Assembly: GCF_006345805.1 (NCBI RefSeq)
Contig: NC_043002.1
Span: forward strand, 53,134,001 to 53,198,000
Direction of reading: 5' to 3'
DNA length: 64,000 bases
Source of the DNA: Octopus sinensis
Taxonomy: Eukaryota
The stretch's first letter is position 1; each line of letters opens with the position of its first letter. The notes beneath the pieces were generated by a model. That model was given only the letters and a program-made list of their open reading frames with translations. It had not been told where the DNA came from and made no database searches. This document shows, one piece after another, positions 26,345-39,763 of this stretch. Position numbers and translations under genes: made by a program.

Positions 26345-28279
26345 CATATGGTAGTTGGTAAACTAGTTATCTATTTCTACTTTCTGGATAGATTGCGTAA
26401 CTGGTATTTCTAGTGTCTGTTATTGAACTATGAGGATTCCACCCACTCCCCAGAGTAAAATAGGAACTAAAGGGGCTCATAAGTAAAAAAAATGGTTGAG
26501 AACCACTCTCCTAGACTGCCGCCAATAAAGAATCACCCAACCAATTAACATAAAACTCATTCACAGACCTGTTCCAGTCTCTAGCCCACAGACTGGTCAT
26601 TTCTTGTATAAGCACAATAAATTGTTAAAATCATTAGAGCACTGAAGAAAAAAATACCTTGCAGTATTTATCCCCACTCTCTGCTTTCAGATGTTGTTGG
26701 AGTCAACTTCACCGTTTGTCCTTTAGGGACAAAACAGAGTAAGTACCAGGCTAGGATGATGGAATGGCTGAAGTCTTAGTGAATCAGATGAGCAGCTTTA
26801 TGGTTTTTGTTCCAGTACTTCATGGCCTGGGTGATGATCAGGGCTAATCATCAGACCATGAGAACCACAATTCATTATGGAAGTGGTATAGAGTGGAAGA
26901 TGATTACAAATAGTAATACAAATGTGAGATAAGAGTCCAGCACCATGCATTCTGCTTTTCAGTTTTTTAGCATCACTAATTATATTTCTTAATCATAATG
27001 GGGGATGAGTTAATTCTGCACTGCTTTCATAAATTGTGTTGCTTTGTGCCCAAGTTGGGAATCATTATTATTAGACAAAACGCCTGTGGAGTTCAAAACC
27101 TGCTGAGGTCAGTTTTGCATTTCATCCTTCTGGGGCTGATAAAAATAAAAGAGAAAAAACTAAGGCTGACATACTTGACTGCACTCAGTGCCAAATTTCT
27201 TACCTATACCTATATAAGGAATCATTAATATCATCATTACTATTACTATATATAATTTAAGTAACACAGCTAATCTCAGGAAAAACCATTACTCAATACA
27301 TTTCAGCTTAAGAAAGCTGAAAAAATGTCTCTCTCTCACTCCCATTCTCTCGCACACATACATGCAGCTATCATGGTATTTTCGACAGTAGAGAAGGGAT
27401 TTCAAAAGTCTACTACCATAAATGACTACTACACTTACCTGCTAATGTGTGACAGATATAGTTAGAAAGGGGAAAGAGAAGACTGGGTACTGGAAATTCC
27501 AGTAGCACAAATCTGAAGACAGACAAGCTTCTGACAATCACAGTTAAAATCAACTAGAATCACAATGATGAAGTTTGACTATTTGTCTGCTTAAATAGCT
27601 TGTTACACAATTAGCTTAATTTATCAACCAGTAAAACCAAGGGAACTAATAAATCTTTTATTTTAGTATCAAGGGAAAAATTCCAAGTGCATAAGGCCAG
27701 TAGGGTGGATGTACATGTTATATTAAATTATAGTTTAGACCTAAAGTATTAAACCACTTCTGTTCTATGTTATCTCTCAGATTGCTAGAAATAGCAGCCA
27801 AATCTTACTCAAACCATTCCATACTATCTTAGATAAAGAAGGATAATCATAAGGTAAGCTACTCCTTGATCATCATAAACAACATTTTAACATCCAATTT
27901 TCCATGAGTCAGATGACGTTTATTGGAGTAGATTTTCTATAGCTGGATGCCCTTCCCATCACCAACCTTCACCTGTTTCCAAGCAAGGTAATATTTTCCC
28001 CATGACCAGATATATTCTTGCAGAATATGGGAAACGAATGACGGTATTTATATGGCAGTGATAATAAAAGATATGGTTGGAATTCCTTTGATTTTAGGCT
28101 TGCTCAATCAGAGTAATGATTGACTATTAATTAGGTTCACAAGAAAAAATAGAAATAATTTACCTGCACATATCAGAAACTGAATTAGAATAGTGAATTA
28201 AAAAAGAAAAAAGTAAAAGTCAACACATGTATGTGTCTATAAGTATACAGTTCACATGATATATAGTGCAAAAATCCTC

Positions 28280-28480
28280 CTATATATAAGGAAAATAAGT
28301 CAAGGTAGAAAATGCTAAAATAATTTTATCATAAAAAAACATTTCAGTACTGGTTTCAGTCATTGAGACTTTTTCAACTCTAATTATGGAAAACAATTAA
28401 ATTTTGGAAAAATTAAATGAAAAGTTTTTTAAAAGAATATTTGCATAGTATTCAAATACAAGGGGCATTTTCCTTGTTTC
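28280..28480 (-). mobile_element. Penelope-like pLTR fragment with a decayed hammerhead (U3-A8 core)
   Basis: Minus strand TTGAAAA-AGTC-TCAAT-GACT-GAAA-CCAG-TA at 28377-28348. Confidence 0.4.
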
Positions 28481-28589
28481 TGCCTTTCTCTGTCTATATA
28501 TATATATAATGACCATCCCAAAATATAACAATATTTATTTCAACACATGGTTTCACATCAAGAATCTTGCAACACAAATTCATAAATGT

Positions 28590-28622
<33 letters not shown>

Positions 28623-28789
28623 TCCTCTTTCCTTTCTAACTTGAGTATCCATGTATCTACAGCAAGACATCTATCTGTCCCTCTATACTTTTAATCTCTC
28701 GAGTGGTACAAAGTAACCCCCACTCAACACTACTCACTGCCTCACAGCTGGGGGGGGGTTGCCATCTTTGTCTTGCAAGGTACTTGGTG

Positions 28790-29013
28790 ATTCTGTTGGT
28801 GATGGTGCCACATAGAAAGCACTGGTGCTGGTGCCATGTAAAAAGCCCCCAGTACACTCTGTAAAGTGGTTGGTGTTAGGAAGGGCATCCAGACTGTTGA
28901 AAGCATGCCAAAACAGACAATGGCGCTTGGTACGGCTTCTGGCCTTACCAGCTTCTGTCCCAACTGTTCAACCTATGGCAGCATGGAAAACACATTAAAT
29001 GATGATGATGATG
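28790..29013 (+). mobile_element. (GAT)n-tailed retroposon (family F)
   Basis: Same motifs as 26063-26308. Confidence 0.8.
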
Positions 29014-29385
29014 ACACACACACACACACATGTAACATGTGAAATCAAATGATTAGTAACAAAGCTTAAATGCATGTGTAGGCAGATATTTGAGTTTGCA
29101 TGAGTGTGCCTGTGAGTATTAGTGTGTAATTATATATATGATCTCTTTCTCTCTCTCACACACATACATACATACATACATACATACAGACAGACAGAGA
29201 AGAAGAGATTTTTTGCACTTGTGAGTTTCCATTTTATGGCATATCACCATTTCTTCTATTAATTCGCCAATAATTCTTTGTATTCCCATTCATAAAAATA
29301 TGAGTGCAATATTGTTTAGAGACAGCTACACATTCTACTGCAGTTAGCCAATCATAAAAGTAAGAGAAACACAGTACCACCCACT

Positions 29386-29995
29386 CTTTTACTTGTTTCA
29401 GTCATTTGACTGTGGCCATGCTGGAGCACTGTCTTCAGTCGAGCAAATCGACCCCAGGACTTATTCTTTGTAAGCCTAGTATTTATTCTCTATCGGTCTC
29501 TTTTGCCGAACCGTTAAGTTACAGGGATGTAAACACACCACCATCTGTTGTCAAGTGATGGTGGGACTGAACCTGGAACCATATGGTTGGTAAGCAAACT
29601 ACTTACCACACAGCCACTTCTGCGCCTATATATATATATATATCTTTCTTTTATCGTTTACTTTAAGAACTTTTAATCGAATGCATCAACCCTAGTATTT
29701 ATAATTTTAAAGCCTTGTACTTATTCTATCAGTGTCTTTTGCCAAACTGTTAAGTTACAGGGATGTAAACACACCAGCACCAGTTGTCAAAGAGTATATG
29801 GGGAAAACACAAAGACATATCCTCACACATATATATGGGAGGCTTCTTTCAGTTTCCATCTACGAAACTGACTTACAAGGCTTTGGTCAGCCTGAGGTTA
29901 TAGTAGAAGATACTTGCCCAAGGTGCCATGCAGTGAAACTGAACCTGGAACCATGTGGTGGGGAAGCAAGCTTCTTATCACACAGCCACACCTGC
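29386..29995 (-). mobile_element. Two SINE family B copies (29386-29627, ~29716-29995)
   Basis: Reverse complement of the B tail (CTCTTTTACTTGTTTCAGTC) and head (CTTACCACACAGCCAC). Confidence 0.8.
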
Positions 29996-30042
29996 CTGTA
30001 TGTATGTGGGTGTATGTGTGTATATATATATATATATATGCT

Positions 30043-30340
30043 AAAGTGGATGCGCGATGGCCTAGTTGTTAGGGCAGGGGACCCACGGTCAGAAGATCGC
30101 GGTGTTTATTAAGCAAAAACACCTAAAGATCCACGAGGCTCCGGCAGGGGGTGGTGGCGACCCCTGTTGTACTCTTTCGCCCCAACTCTCTCTCACTCTT
30201 TCTTCTTGTTTCTTGAGTAACGCTGCTATGGACTGGTGTCCTGTCCAGCTGGGGGTGGGAGGAACACATATGCCACAGAAACCAGGAAACCAAGCCCCTG
30301 AGCCTGGCTAGGCTTGAAAAGGATGCATAAATAAATAATA
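30043..30340 (+). mobile_element. tRNA-derived SINE family D
   Basis: GATGGCCTAGTTGTTAGGG head; shares the GC.ATGGACTGG.GTCC.GTCCAG tail motif with 13433-13670. Confidence 0.6.
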
Positions 30341-30362
30341 TATGCTAAAAGAGAGACCTCTA

Positions 30363-30750
30363 CATAGGTGCAGATATGGTTGCCTAGTTAAGTAGGGCAG
30401 TTTGCAAACATGTAGTTTCAGGTTAAAGTCCCACTGAGCAGCACCTTGGTAAATCTGCTATTGCTGACTAATGTCTTTTGAGTGAATTTGGTAGATGGAA
30501 ACTGTGAAGAAGCCCATATATATATCTCTGACAATGTATGTTTGTGTGTGTTTGTCTGTTTGTCCCTCCCCACAGCTTGACAACTGTTGCTGATTTAGTT
30601 ATGTCACTGGTACCTAGCGGTTTAGCAAACAGAGCAAGATACAATAAATGCTAGACTTGTACTGGGACCAATTTATTTGATTAAACACTTCAAGGTAGTG
30701 TCCCAGCATAGACACACACAGTTCAATGACTGAAAAAAGATAAAAGAAAG
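30363..30750 (+). mobile_element. SINE family B (diverged)
   Basis: Head, GGTAGATGGAAACTG, microsatellite and 3' part recognisable. Confidence 0.7.
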
Positions 30751-30844
30751 TTGTTGGACCCAATAGAAATTGCAGCCAAATTATCCTCAAAGGACACTTT
30801 GACAGGTAAATAATGATACCAACAAAAACAATATATTTTTTTTT

Positions 30845-31560
30845 ATCTTGGCACAAGGCCAGCAATTTTGAGCAGTGAGGAAGTTGATTATGTTGACTCC
30901 CAGTATCCAAACGATACTTATTTTATCAACCCCAAAACAATGAAAGGCAAAGACAACCTTATGTTTTGAAGTCAGGACATAAAACTGGATGAAATGCTGC
31001 TAAGCACTAGCATGCTAGCAACACTGCCAGCTCATGATTAAAATGTCTTTGTTCATAGCTGTGCCTGGTCAGTACTGACCTAGGGCTAAACAACAACTGA
31101 AGTGAGTGAGATACAACCCTTGTTTAGCATGTTGCTGTGGTTGCTGTTTATCCTAGGTTTCTGGAATAAACAGACTTACCGTCAAAAGACGTTTTAACTG
31201 TGACAACCTCTAGATTTTTAGAAATTGCCTCAAATACTTATATTTTTAAGACTATATTTCCTAATGTATCTTTCTGTTACTTAAGGCAGTTGAATGAGAT
31301 CTGAAGAATATTTTAGTTAAATCAGTACTGTATTATTATTATCATTATTATATCATCATAGTAGGCAGAATCGTTAGTACACTGGACAAAATGCTTAGAG
31401 GCATTTCATCTGTCTTTGCATTCTGAGTTCAAATTCTGCCAAGGTTGACTTTACCTTTGATCCTTTCGGGGTTGATAAACTAAATACCAGCCAAGTACTG
31501 GGGTTGATGTGATTGGCTATCTCACTCCCTACAAATTTCAGGTCTTGTGCTTATAGTAGA
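30845..31560. mobile_element. Head-to-head pair of SINE family A copies with the alternative tail (minus ~30845-31033, plus ~31362-31560)
   Basis: Both carry the central TTT.ATCCTTTCGGGGT.GATAAA domain and the CAAATTTCAGG.CTTGTGC tail. Confidence 0.7.
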
Positions 31561-32179
31561 AAGTATTATTATTATCATCATTATTATTGTTGTTGTTTTT
31601 GTTGTTATAATTATTCTTTGATGCTGGAAATTATTACTATCATAATCTGTATAATCCAATTATCATCCTGTATGCAGGAAAACAATTGTATGTGTAATTG
31701 GTGTTCATATCAATCTCTTTAGATACAAGATCCCCCTACACAGTAAACTTTTATTACCTATTTCTGATTACTCTCTGAGGGGCAATTTCACTAATTTTGC
31801 TATGCCTCTGGTTGAAGAAAAGGGTAATGATATACCTATATAAGGAAACTTATTCACAAGAAGGAGATGGAGAAGAAGGAAAGGATGCAGCAGATGGTAG
31901 AATCAGTAGAGCAACCAGTAATATACACCTTGCAATATTTCATTACACCCTTGAATTCATATCCTGAATTCATGGATGTAATTTGTTCTTTATAGGATCT
32001 TTGTAGTTAAAGAGTTTGTTTCCCAGCCATAAGGTTCTAAATTCAGTCCTACAGTGTGGAACCGTGAGTAAGTGCCTCCTACTATACTGGCCTCACCAAA
32101 GTTTTACGTGGTGTATTTGGTAGGCAGAAATTGAAAGAAACCTGTCATGTATATGTATGTGTGCATATGTATATATAAC

Positions 32180-32498
32180 TGGCACTTTGTCAGTTACAGC
32201 GATGAGGGTTCCAGTTGATCCAATCAACAGAACAGCTGGCTCATGAAATTAACGTGCAAGTGGCTGAGCATTTCACAGACGTGTACCCTTAACATATTTC
32301 CCAGGGAGATTCAGCATGAGAAAGAAGGTGACAAGGTTGGCCCTTTGAATTACAGGTACAACTCACTTTTGCCAGCTGATTGTACTGGAGCAATGTGAAA
32401 TAAAGTGTTTTGCTTAAGGATACAATGCACCGTTGGGAATCAAATTCATGACCTAACGTTCATAAGACGAATACGTCTAACCACTAAGCCATGTACCT
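32180..32498 (-). mobile_element. SINE family C
   Basis: Reverse complement aligns along its length with 62237-62560. Confidence 0.75.
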
Positions 32499-32516
32499 TC
32501 AATATATATATATATA

Positions 32517-32870
32517 TAGGCACAGGAGTAGCTTGCTTACCAACCACACGGTTCCAGGTTCAGTCCCACTGCATGGCACCTTGGACAAGTGACTTCTACT
32601 ATAGCCTCAGGCCAACCAAAGCCTTGTGAGTAGATTTAGTAGACAGAAACTGAAAGGAGTATGTGTGTGTGTGTGTGTTTGTCTCCCTCACCATCACTTG
32701 ACAACCAATGTTGGTGTGTTTACATCCCCATAACTTAGTGGTTCAGCAAAAGAGGCCAATAGCATAAGTACTAGGCTTACAAAGAATAAGTCCTGGGGTT
32801 GATTTGTTCGACTAAAGGTGGTGCTCCAGCATGGGTGTAGTCAAATGACTAAAAAGAATAAAAGAATATA
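32517..32870 (+). mobile_element. SINE family B, CpG-depleted
   Basis: Complete architecture; most CpGs converted to TpG/CpA. Confidence 0.85.
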
Positions 32871-33415
32871 AACACTCACACATGTATATGTAACTGTGAG
32901 TATGTTTGTGTCTCCTTCTCTTGACATCATATGATAGGTGAAATGAGTGTCACTGTCAAAGAGGTAGTGTAATTCATTTCTAATGTTGTGCTAAGACATA
33001 TCTAGCCATGAGGAAATATTAACCTGCTTGGAAACAGGCAAGGGTTAATGACAGGAAGAGCATCTAGCCATAGAAAATTTGCCTCAAAAACTTCATCTGA
33101 CCATGCAGGCATGGATAAATGGATATGAAAACGATGATGATGATATTTCTAAGGACAATAAAAGAGACTGCCATTGAATATAGGATCCAGTTCAGTCAAC
33201 TATACCTCTTTCTCCCAAATATTATAGTTTTGCACCAGCCAAAGTTAGAAATTATCATTATTAATAGTTGGCCCCTCTTTTCAGGACGAGGACGATAAAA
33301 TACTTCAGTCCCTGACATTTGCTAACACTCTGTAAATCTCAAGTGAGGCTCACTATAAAAAATTCTGTCTACTTCTCTTATGGTGCTGCGGCTGCTACGC
33401 ACAGATATTCTAGAC

Positions 33416-33666
33416 AAGTGATTCTCAACCATTTCTTGCCTATGGATCACTTCAATTTTTATTTTACTCTGCTGGACTTCCATAGCCATTTAGTGTGTAT
33501 AAAACAAAATCTTACTGTACTTTTATAATATTAGTAAGAATTATATTAAAAAAATGAAGATATTTTGTATATTATAGAAGTATAAGTAATTTATTGCACA
33601 TAAATTTTAACAAGAAATGTTTTATATGGATCCCCAAGGGTCATAGACCCCAGTTGAGAACCCCTG
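33416..33666. mobile_element. hAT-type MITE, 251 bp
   Basis: TIRs AAGTGATTCTCAAC / GTTGAGAACCCCTG; 8-bp TSD TTCTAGAC / TTCCAGAC (33408-33415, 33667-33674). Confidence 0.8.
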
Positions 33667-36600
33667 TTCCAGACAATTCAACTACCTTAACATAAGGTTA
33701 TCACAGACACATTCCAGCTTGTGACCCACAAATGTGCTGTGTCCTCTTTCTACCTTCTCTACTACAACTGTAATGACCCCTGCTTCTCAAAACTGACCGG
33801 TCATTCTGTCAACTCCATTCAGGCAATCAATCTCCTTTGTTTCTCTTCTTTCAGTGTGTAGTGATGAGCATGGGGCCTGGTTGGCAGTCTTATGCCCTGC
33901 ATATGCCATTACACTCTAGAATGCTGGAGGTGCAGAACTCTTTCCCTTGCTTATGTCTTTTTCTGCAGCTGTTGGAAGATTAATAGCATCAACTTCGCCA
34001 GTCTTGGAAAGATTCTGAAAGCCATGGACACTGCCTCTTTTTGCTAACCCAGATAGTAACAAAAAAAAAAAAAGAAAAGGGAAATGATTTAACCCTTTTG
34101 TTACCGACCAGCTTGAGGGTTCTGTGACACAATCTTCCCATCTAAATTAGTGATCTAAATTAAAACCTTTCATAAAAATTTTGCTAATTTATATTCCAAA
34201 CATCAGCTTAATAATGACAAAGTTGTTTAATTAAATTCTTCATTTTAAAAAAATAGTTGTCAAGCATTGGAGTTAATTTAATCAACTGTGTTCTCTTCTA
34301 AAATTTGTAACTTTTCCCACACTATGTTAGCCCCATATCATTATTATTATTGTTTAAATAAACCAACTATGAAGTTGTACGCAGCCAATAAAAACTAGAA
34401 GCGTTTACCTTTGACATGTAACTGTAATCAAAGATTGTGCATACCGTGGCCTGAGGCAGCCTATGGTCATCAATTTTAGCTTGCCACCAAATTCAGAAAC
34501 CCCCAAATTTTAATGAAGTAAATATACGTTTATTATTCTGTGATAAAATGACCAAACAAAATGAATAAGATCCACAAATATAACTTACTGAATGAAAGTG
34601 CTGTGTTATACAAATATACGTGCACACACACACAAATAACCGTGCACACACGTGTGTGTGTGCATGTATATTTGTATAACACACGATATACATATTTATG
34701 CACGTGTGTGTGAGAGAGAGTAAATCATATTAGAGAAGTAAAAGAAAAAATTACGCAGATATGTAAACTTATTTACAAAGATATTAATAATATGAAATAA
34801 TCTCTGATTGCAAGCAACACATACCCCAAATCTTTTTACATAATCTAAACACTGGCGCTTTGGTCCTAATCACAGCGAGGGAGAGGAAGGGGAGAGGATG
34901 GAGACAGAAAGAGAGGGGGGGCGAGAAAGAGGAGTTTCAAGACCCATACTTGTAGATAAGGTGAGGAGGGGGAGAGACAAAACAACAATCGATTTATATC
35001 GATTGCCGTATATTAATTATAATTAATGTTTAGGATTATTTCATCACATTTAAGGTGGGACAGGATATAGAGCAGCGATGACCCCCCTCCCTCCCTCCCT
35101 TCCGAATTCCCCTACGCCGCTTTTAACTGCGATCAAGGTAAACAAAATGACCAACAAGACAAGCTAATGAGCAAGCAAGGATAGTCTCGTGTATCACTTA
35201 ATCAACCTTCTTTCTCTACACTTCTCCAGAAACGATAAACGTTGACAAATAATGAAAGCAACTGTATGCTTCAGGGCCCCGATGCATAAACCATACTAAT
35301 TTCCTCGAATTATTTATTTATTCATATATTGGTCTCTCCACTACGAAATACTCGCTTGTCAATCAACGCTGTATTCCACATTTGGTGGGGAGTGATTTTG
35401 AATCTTACCTACCGAGCACTTCAAACCCCCGTCGCTCCAGTCCAGTGGTGTGTGTTGAGTGAGAGATGATAGAGAGAACGAAAGAGAGAGAGAGAGAGAG
35501 GTGAAATATGCTGAATTTTATCTAATAAAGTATAGATTATTATGAAACAAAATCTGTTTAAATAGCACAGTATACTATTTATGTTCATGTTCATAAATAG
35601 TACTGGAAACATGAACCGGATAGAAATATTACTAAAATGCATGTGAAGTACATACCCCGGCTACAAGGTACACGCACACACGCGCGCGCCTCTGTGTGTG
35701 TGTGTGTGTATGTGAGTGTGCTTCTGTGTGTGTATGTGTGTGTGTGTTTGCAAGAATCTTGAACTGCTTGCTTCACTTGGCCGCTATTCAACATAAAAAT
35801 ATTCTTTAGGTAGTTGAAAAGAAAATAACACAGAACGGTGCTGAAAACCCCCTTAGATATTTCATAGTCAAACTCCTGCTTATAATCGCTATTGTAACAC
35901 AAGCATTCCAGTGGACAGGCTGGTTTACCAAGGCTGCTCGCTGATAAACGGTTTCAACTCATCCATATTGATTATCTGATAATCTGATTAATTGCAAGCA
36001 GTGGATGTAGGGGGGTGAAAATACATAAAGTAATGCATCTATCCAAGAGAAAAAAATATATACATTAGTGATGCAAGAACGAAAGAAAGAAAAGTGAAAC
36101 AACCTCAATGACTACATTTGCACGACCGATTTGATATTTCTCCTTGTTTAGTAGTATTTTCCTGTCTACAACACAAACTCAAAAGCGAATTCTAACTTCA
36201 CCAGCAACTCGTGCAACTACCCTGCCGACCGAGGATGCATCTCTGCACGGTCACCCGAACAGCTAGAAATAGCAGCTAAAATCATACCCCCCTCCCCGCT
36301 ATAAATCTTAAGAAAGACCGGACATATTAAAGCGTGTACTTAGTAGAAAACAGGATGGTCGTGGCTGGAATGCTTTTGATGAAAGATTTGATTACACGCA
36401 GAGAACTACTTAGAATGTAAAAAAGCTAATTGCATTGTTCTGTCTAAAAAAATTTAATCCAAAGATAGATATACAAAAAACTAATTGAAAAAAAAAAAAT
36501 AAACAAGAAAGGGAAAAGAGGGAACACAAGTGGAAGAGCACGATGAAAATTTCCTGATAAAATTCTGCCAGTTAGAAAGGAATCCATCACATTCATACTG

Positions 36601-39600
36601 TAGAGCTGAAATGGGGGGCCTTTAAGTGGCTACTTGATTGCAAGAAATAGTAGTAAAACCTTCCTCAAGTCATATTATATCGTCTGAAACAAGACAGACA
36701 CAATGTATAAATTCAATCCGAGATATACTATGTTTGAAATAAGACCTGAAGAATTCCAGCCGCAATGCCTTTAATTATAAGGTCTGCTTGACTATGAATG
36801 GCTTGGGAATTAACAACACGATAGGGGTTTTAAAATGTAGTTTGTCCGATGACAGAAACTTTAAAAAAACCTTCATTATCCACAAGTGTCATTGATTTTA
36901 GAAAGACTATCGTTAATCATCATGGGTCAGGCTTTAAGTTAGAAGGGAAATTATCCCATTGAATTGAAGAGACATTTCAAACAATGAAGACATGTGCCGT
37001 TGTTGTTACACCTTCAGATAAACTTTGATCTAGAATAACCGTGATCAACGGCGTTTCAGCTATGAATATCACCCATTTTATTTTCAGACAGAGAGTCTAC
37101 AATAATTTTTAAAAAATGAAAAAAAAAAAATCAATGTGCCTTTCTTCAATTTTTAAGGTAGGAGTGGGGTGATTTGAAGTAAGATTTTAAGCTGCTATAT
37201 TTCTACTAGAGGACTACTTTTCTTATCACGTGGTTGTCAATATTGCCTTATTTCCAGCTGACAATTATTCAAATAATAAAACAAACTTTAAATTTTTAAC
37301 AATTACTTCTTTCTTAAATTAACATCAAACCATGCATGCAATGGTCAAAATAATAATGTGTGTGTATTTTTATAAATTTTTACAATCGTGTAGTTTTTTT
37401 TTTTTTAAATGAAATTACTTAATTCATAGAGGAGCTGATGATGGTGCTATGCAAACAGCTATGACAATCTCACACAACTATTAACTTCAGTAGCAGAAAC
37501 ACGACACAGGGAACTCGATCTGTTAGAAATAACAACCAAATCTCGAGTTACATCCTACCGACTTAAAGCAAACATCTCATTTTCGTTTGAGGAAAAATAA
37601 AACGGAATGGTGACGGCTAGAACTCTTTTAGACTTAGGTCTGCTCGATCAGAACAATGTTAGGGGCTAATCAACAACAACGTAATTAGTTTGTAATGTGA
37701 CAACTGATACACAACACGGTAACGTAAAAGTGATTTCTGATGTTCTCTGGAGATCTTTTTTCCTTAATTTTTATTAAATAAAATTCCGGCAAGGAAACAT
37801 TGCCAAAATTCCTACAAAATATAATTTATCACTACATGTGTTGTGATAAATATGTGACCATGCTAGAAATAACAGCCTAATCTGCTTCCAATAGGCCCGA
37901 TCAGATTACAAAAAAAAAAAAAAAAAAGACACGGAAAGACAGTGAATAATGTTTTGAAAAAGAAATGGGATAATTACGGATAGAATGAGTTAGGTTTGCT
38001 GGATTAGGCTGACATAGGGCCAGTTAGTAGAAGGTGCACTGTGGTGCGTGCAACAGACAATAAAAGAGAAAGGAAAAGTAGTTTCAGCTGGTACTGAGGT
38101 CTATTTTTTAAGTTTTTGTTGGGAAGCTTATTAAATAAAGATTAGAAATACAAATTCTAAATAAAAAGTTAGATTAGCTATAACTATAGTTTTCACTCTA
38201 ACCCAATGCAGCAATAAAAAAGATAATTTCATCAAAAGCACGAGTAGTAGACCTAATATGCTGCCCAGTTAATACTACCTGATTGCCTATTACATTTTTC
38301 AGTAGCTCCGAGACTAGCGGGAGGAAGTTGTCCTCAAACCATAAGAGCTGGTCCGGATGTTTGCGGCAGAATGGACACCGCTAAAGACACTTCTAAGCTG
38401 GTTGCGGGCGCTAAACCAGGTGACAGGTTAAATCCGCGACTGCGACGTGCCTTTAGTGGATAGAGTTTACCCTCTTCCCTCCCGCAGTTCACTTTCTACC
38501 CGAGGTAAAGGAAATGCAAATGTTCAGGCCGTGTGTGCATCAGCCTCATCAGTTTGTAATTGTATAGCTCACAATTGAGAGGGAGGCGATATTACCTAAC
38601 TTCAAATAGAACAAAAAGTAACTGAATATTGAAAAAGGAGCAGAAAGCCACATTATACTTTCTTTTTACCAATCCACCAGTATATATTTCATTAAATAAA
38701 TGATAAGATAGTCCATGGTAGACGTGTGTAGCTAAAAAGGATACTCTCATGTTATAAACATTCAAAACATATTTACATGTTACCTTGTTTATGGAATATC
38801 TTGTACACCAACTACTTCAAATAGAATATTTTAATGACAATTCAATAAAGAAACTGAAGCAGGTGGGACAATTCTACAAAACAGTCAGACTTCTTGACTT
38901 AAATTCCGAAAAAAAAAAAATGTCATAGCTATTTGATGAGTGTATATAATTTACATACATGTACATTTTATATGCACACACGATATATAACAGTTGGATT
39001 TTCCTTCATTTTCAGTTTTCTGTAAGCAAAGGCTAGCTAGAGATAGAGATCAAGCAGAAATGTTACTGCTAAATAAAAATCAACACCTCAGAGAGAACTG
39101 TAGTTCACTTTCGCTATACAAACTCAAACAACATCTGTTAATGTTCTCCGAAGAATAAGTACTATCTCATGTAGACTATCTTCTGTCGCCCACCTGGCTC
39201 TTGGCTGCCTTTAAGCGGAGTTTGCTTTGTTGCAAACATTCAGACCAGGTTTCTTGTTTCACGAAAAATTCCCCCTTTCTGCAAAGCCTCCGGATCCTAA
39301 AAAGAATCTAGGATGCTATCCTTCTGTGTCTGATTAACGAAAAGTATATATAGTCCCGTGAAGAAGAGAGAAAGAAAATATTTAGTCATTCTTACTGTAA
39401 GCCTTTTAAAATTTTTTTTTTTATACTGTTTCATCCAGTGGACTGCCGAAGTACTTCAAAAATATTTCCGACGCTTCCTATAATACGAAAGACTAATAAT
39501 TCGTTGTAAATGACTGCCCTTACCATGATAACAACGTGAAATATTTCATGAGTTTTTATTAGCTGTTGCAGGGCAAGACTTAAGGGAAATAGTCTAAGAC

Positions 39601-39670
39601 TGCCAGGGAATGAATAAATAAAACTCAAGACTTAGATACTTAAACACTTCGAGTAATTAAAAACAATAAC

Positions 39671-39706
<36 letters not shown>

Positions 39707-39757
39707 ATATATACATAATATTAAAATATAAAAACCATTATAAGAAGTAAAGATAGT

Positions 39758-39763
39758 ACTTAC
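39758..39763 (-). other. 5' splice donor GTAAGT of the giant NCX intron (phase 2)
   Basis: Plus-strand ACTTAC at 39758-39763, exactly where NCX similarity stops mid-CBD2 (FDNDENE). Confidence 0.9.
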
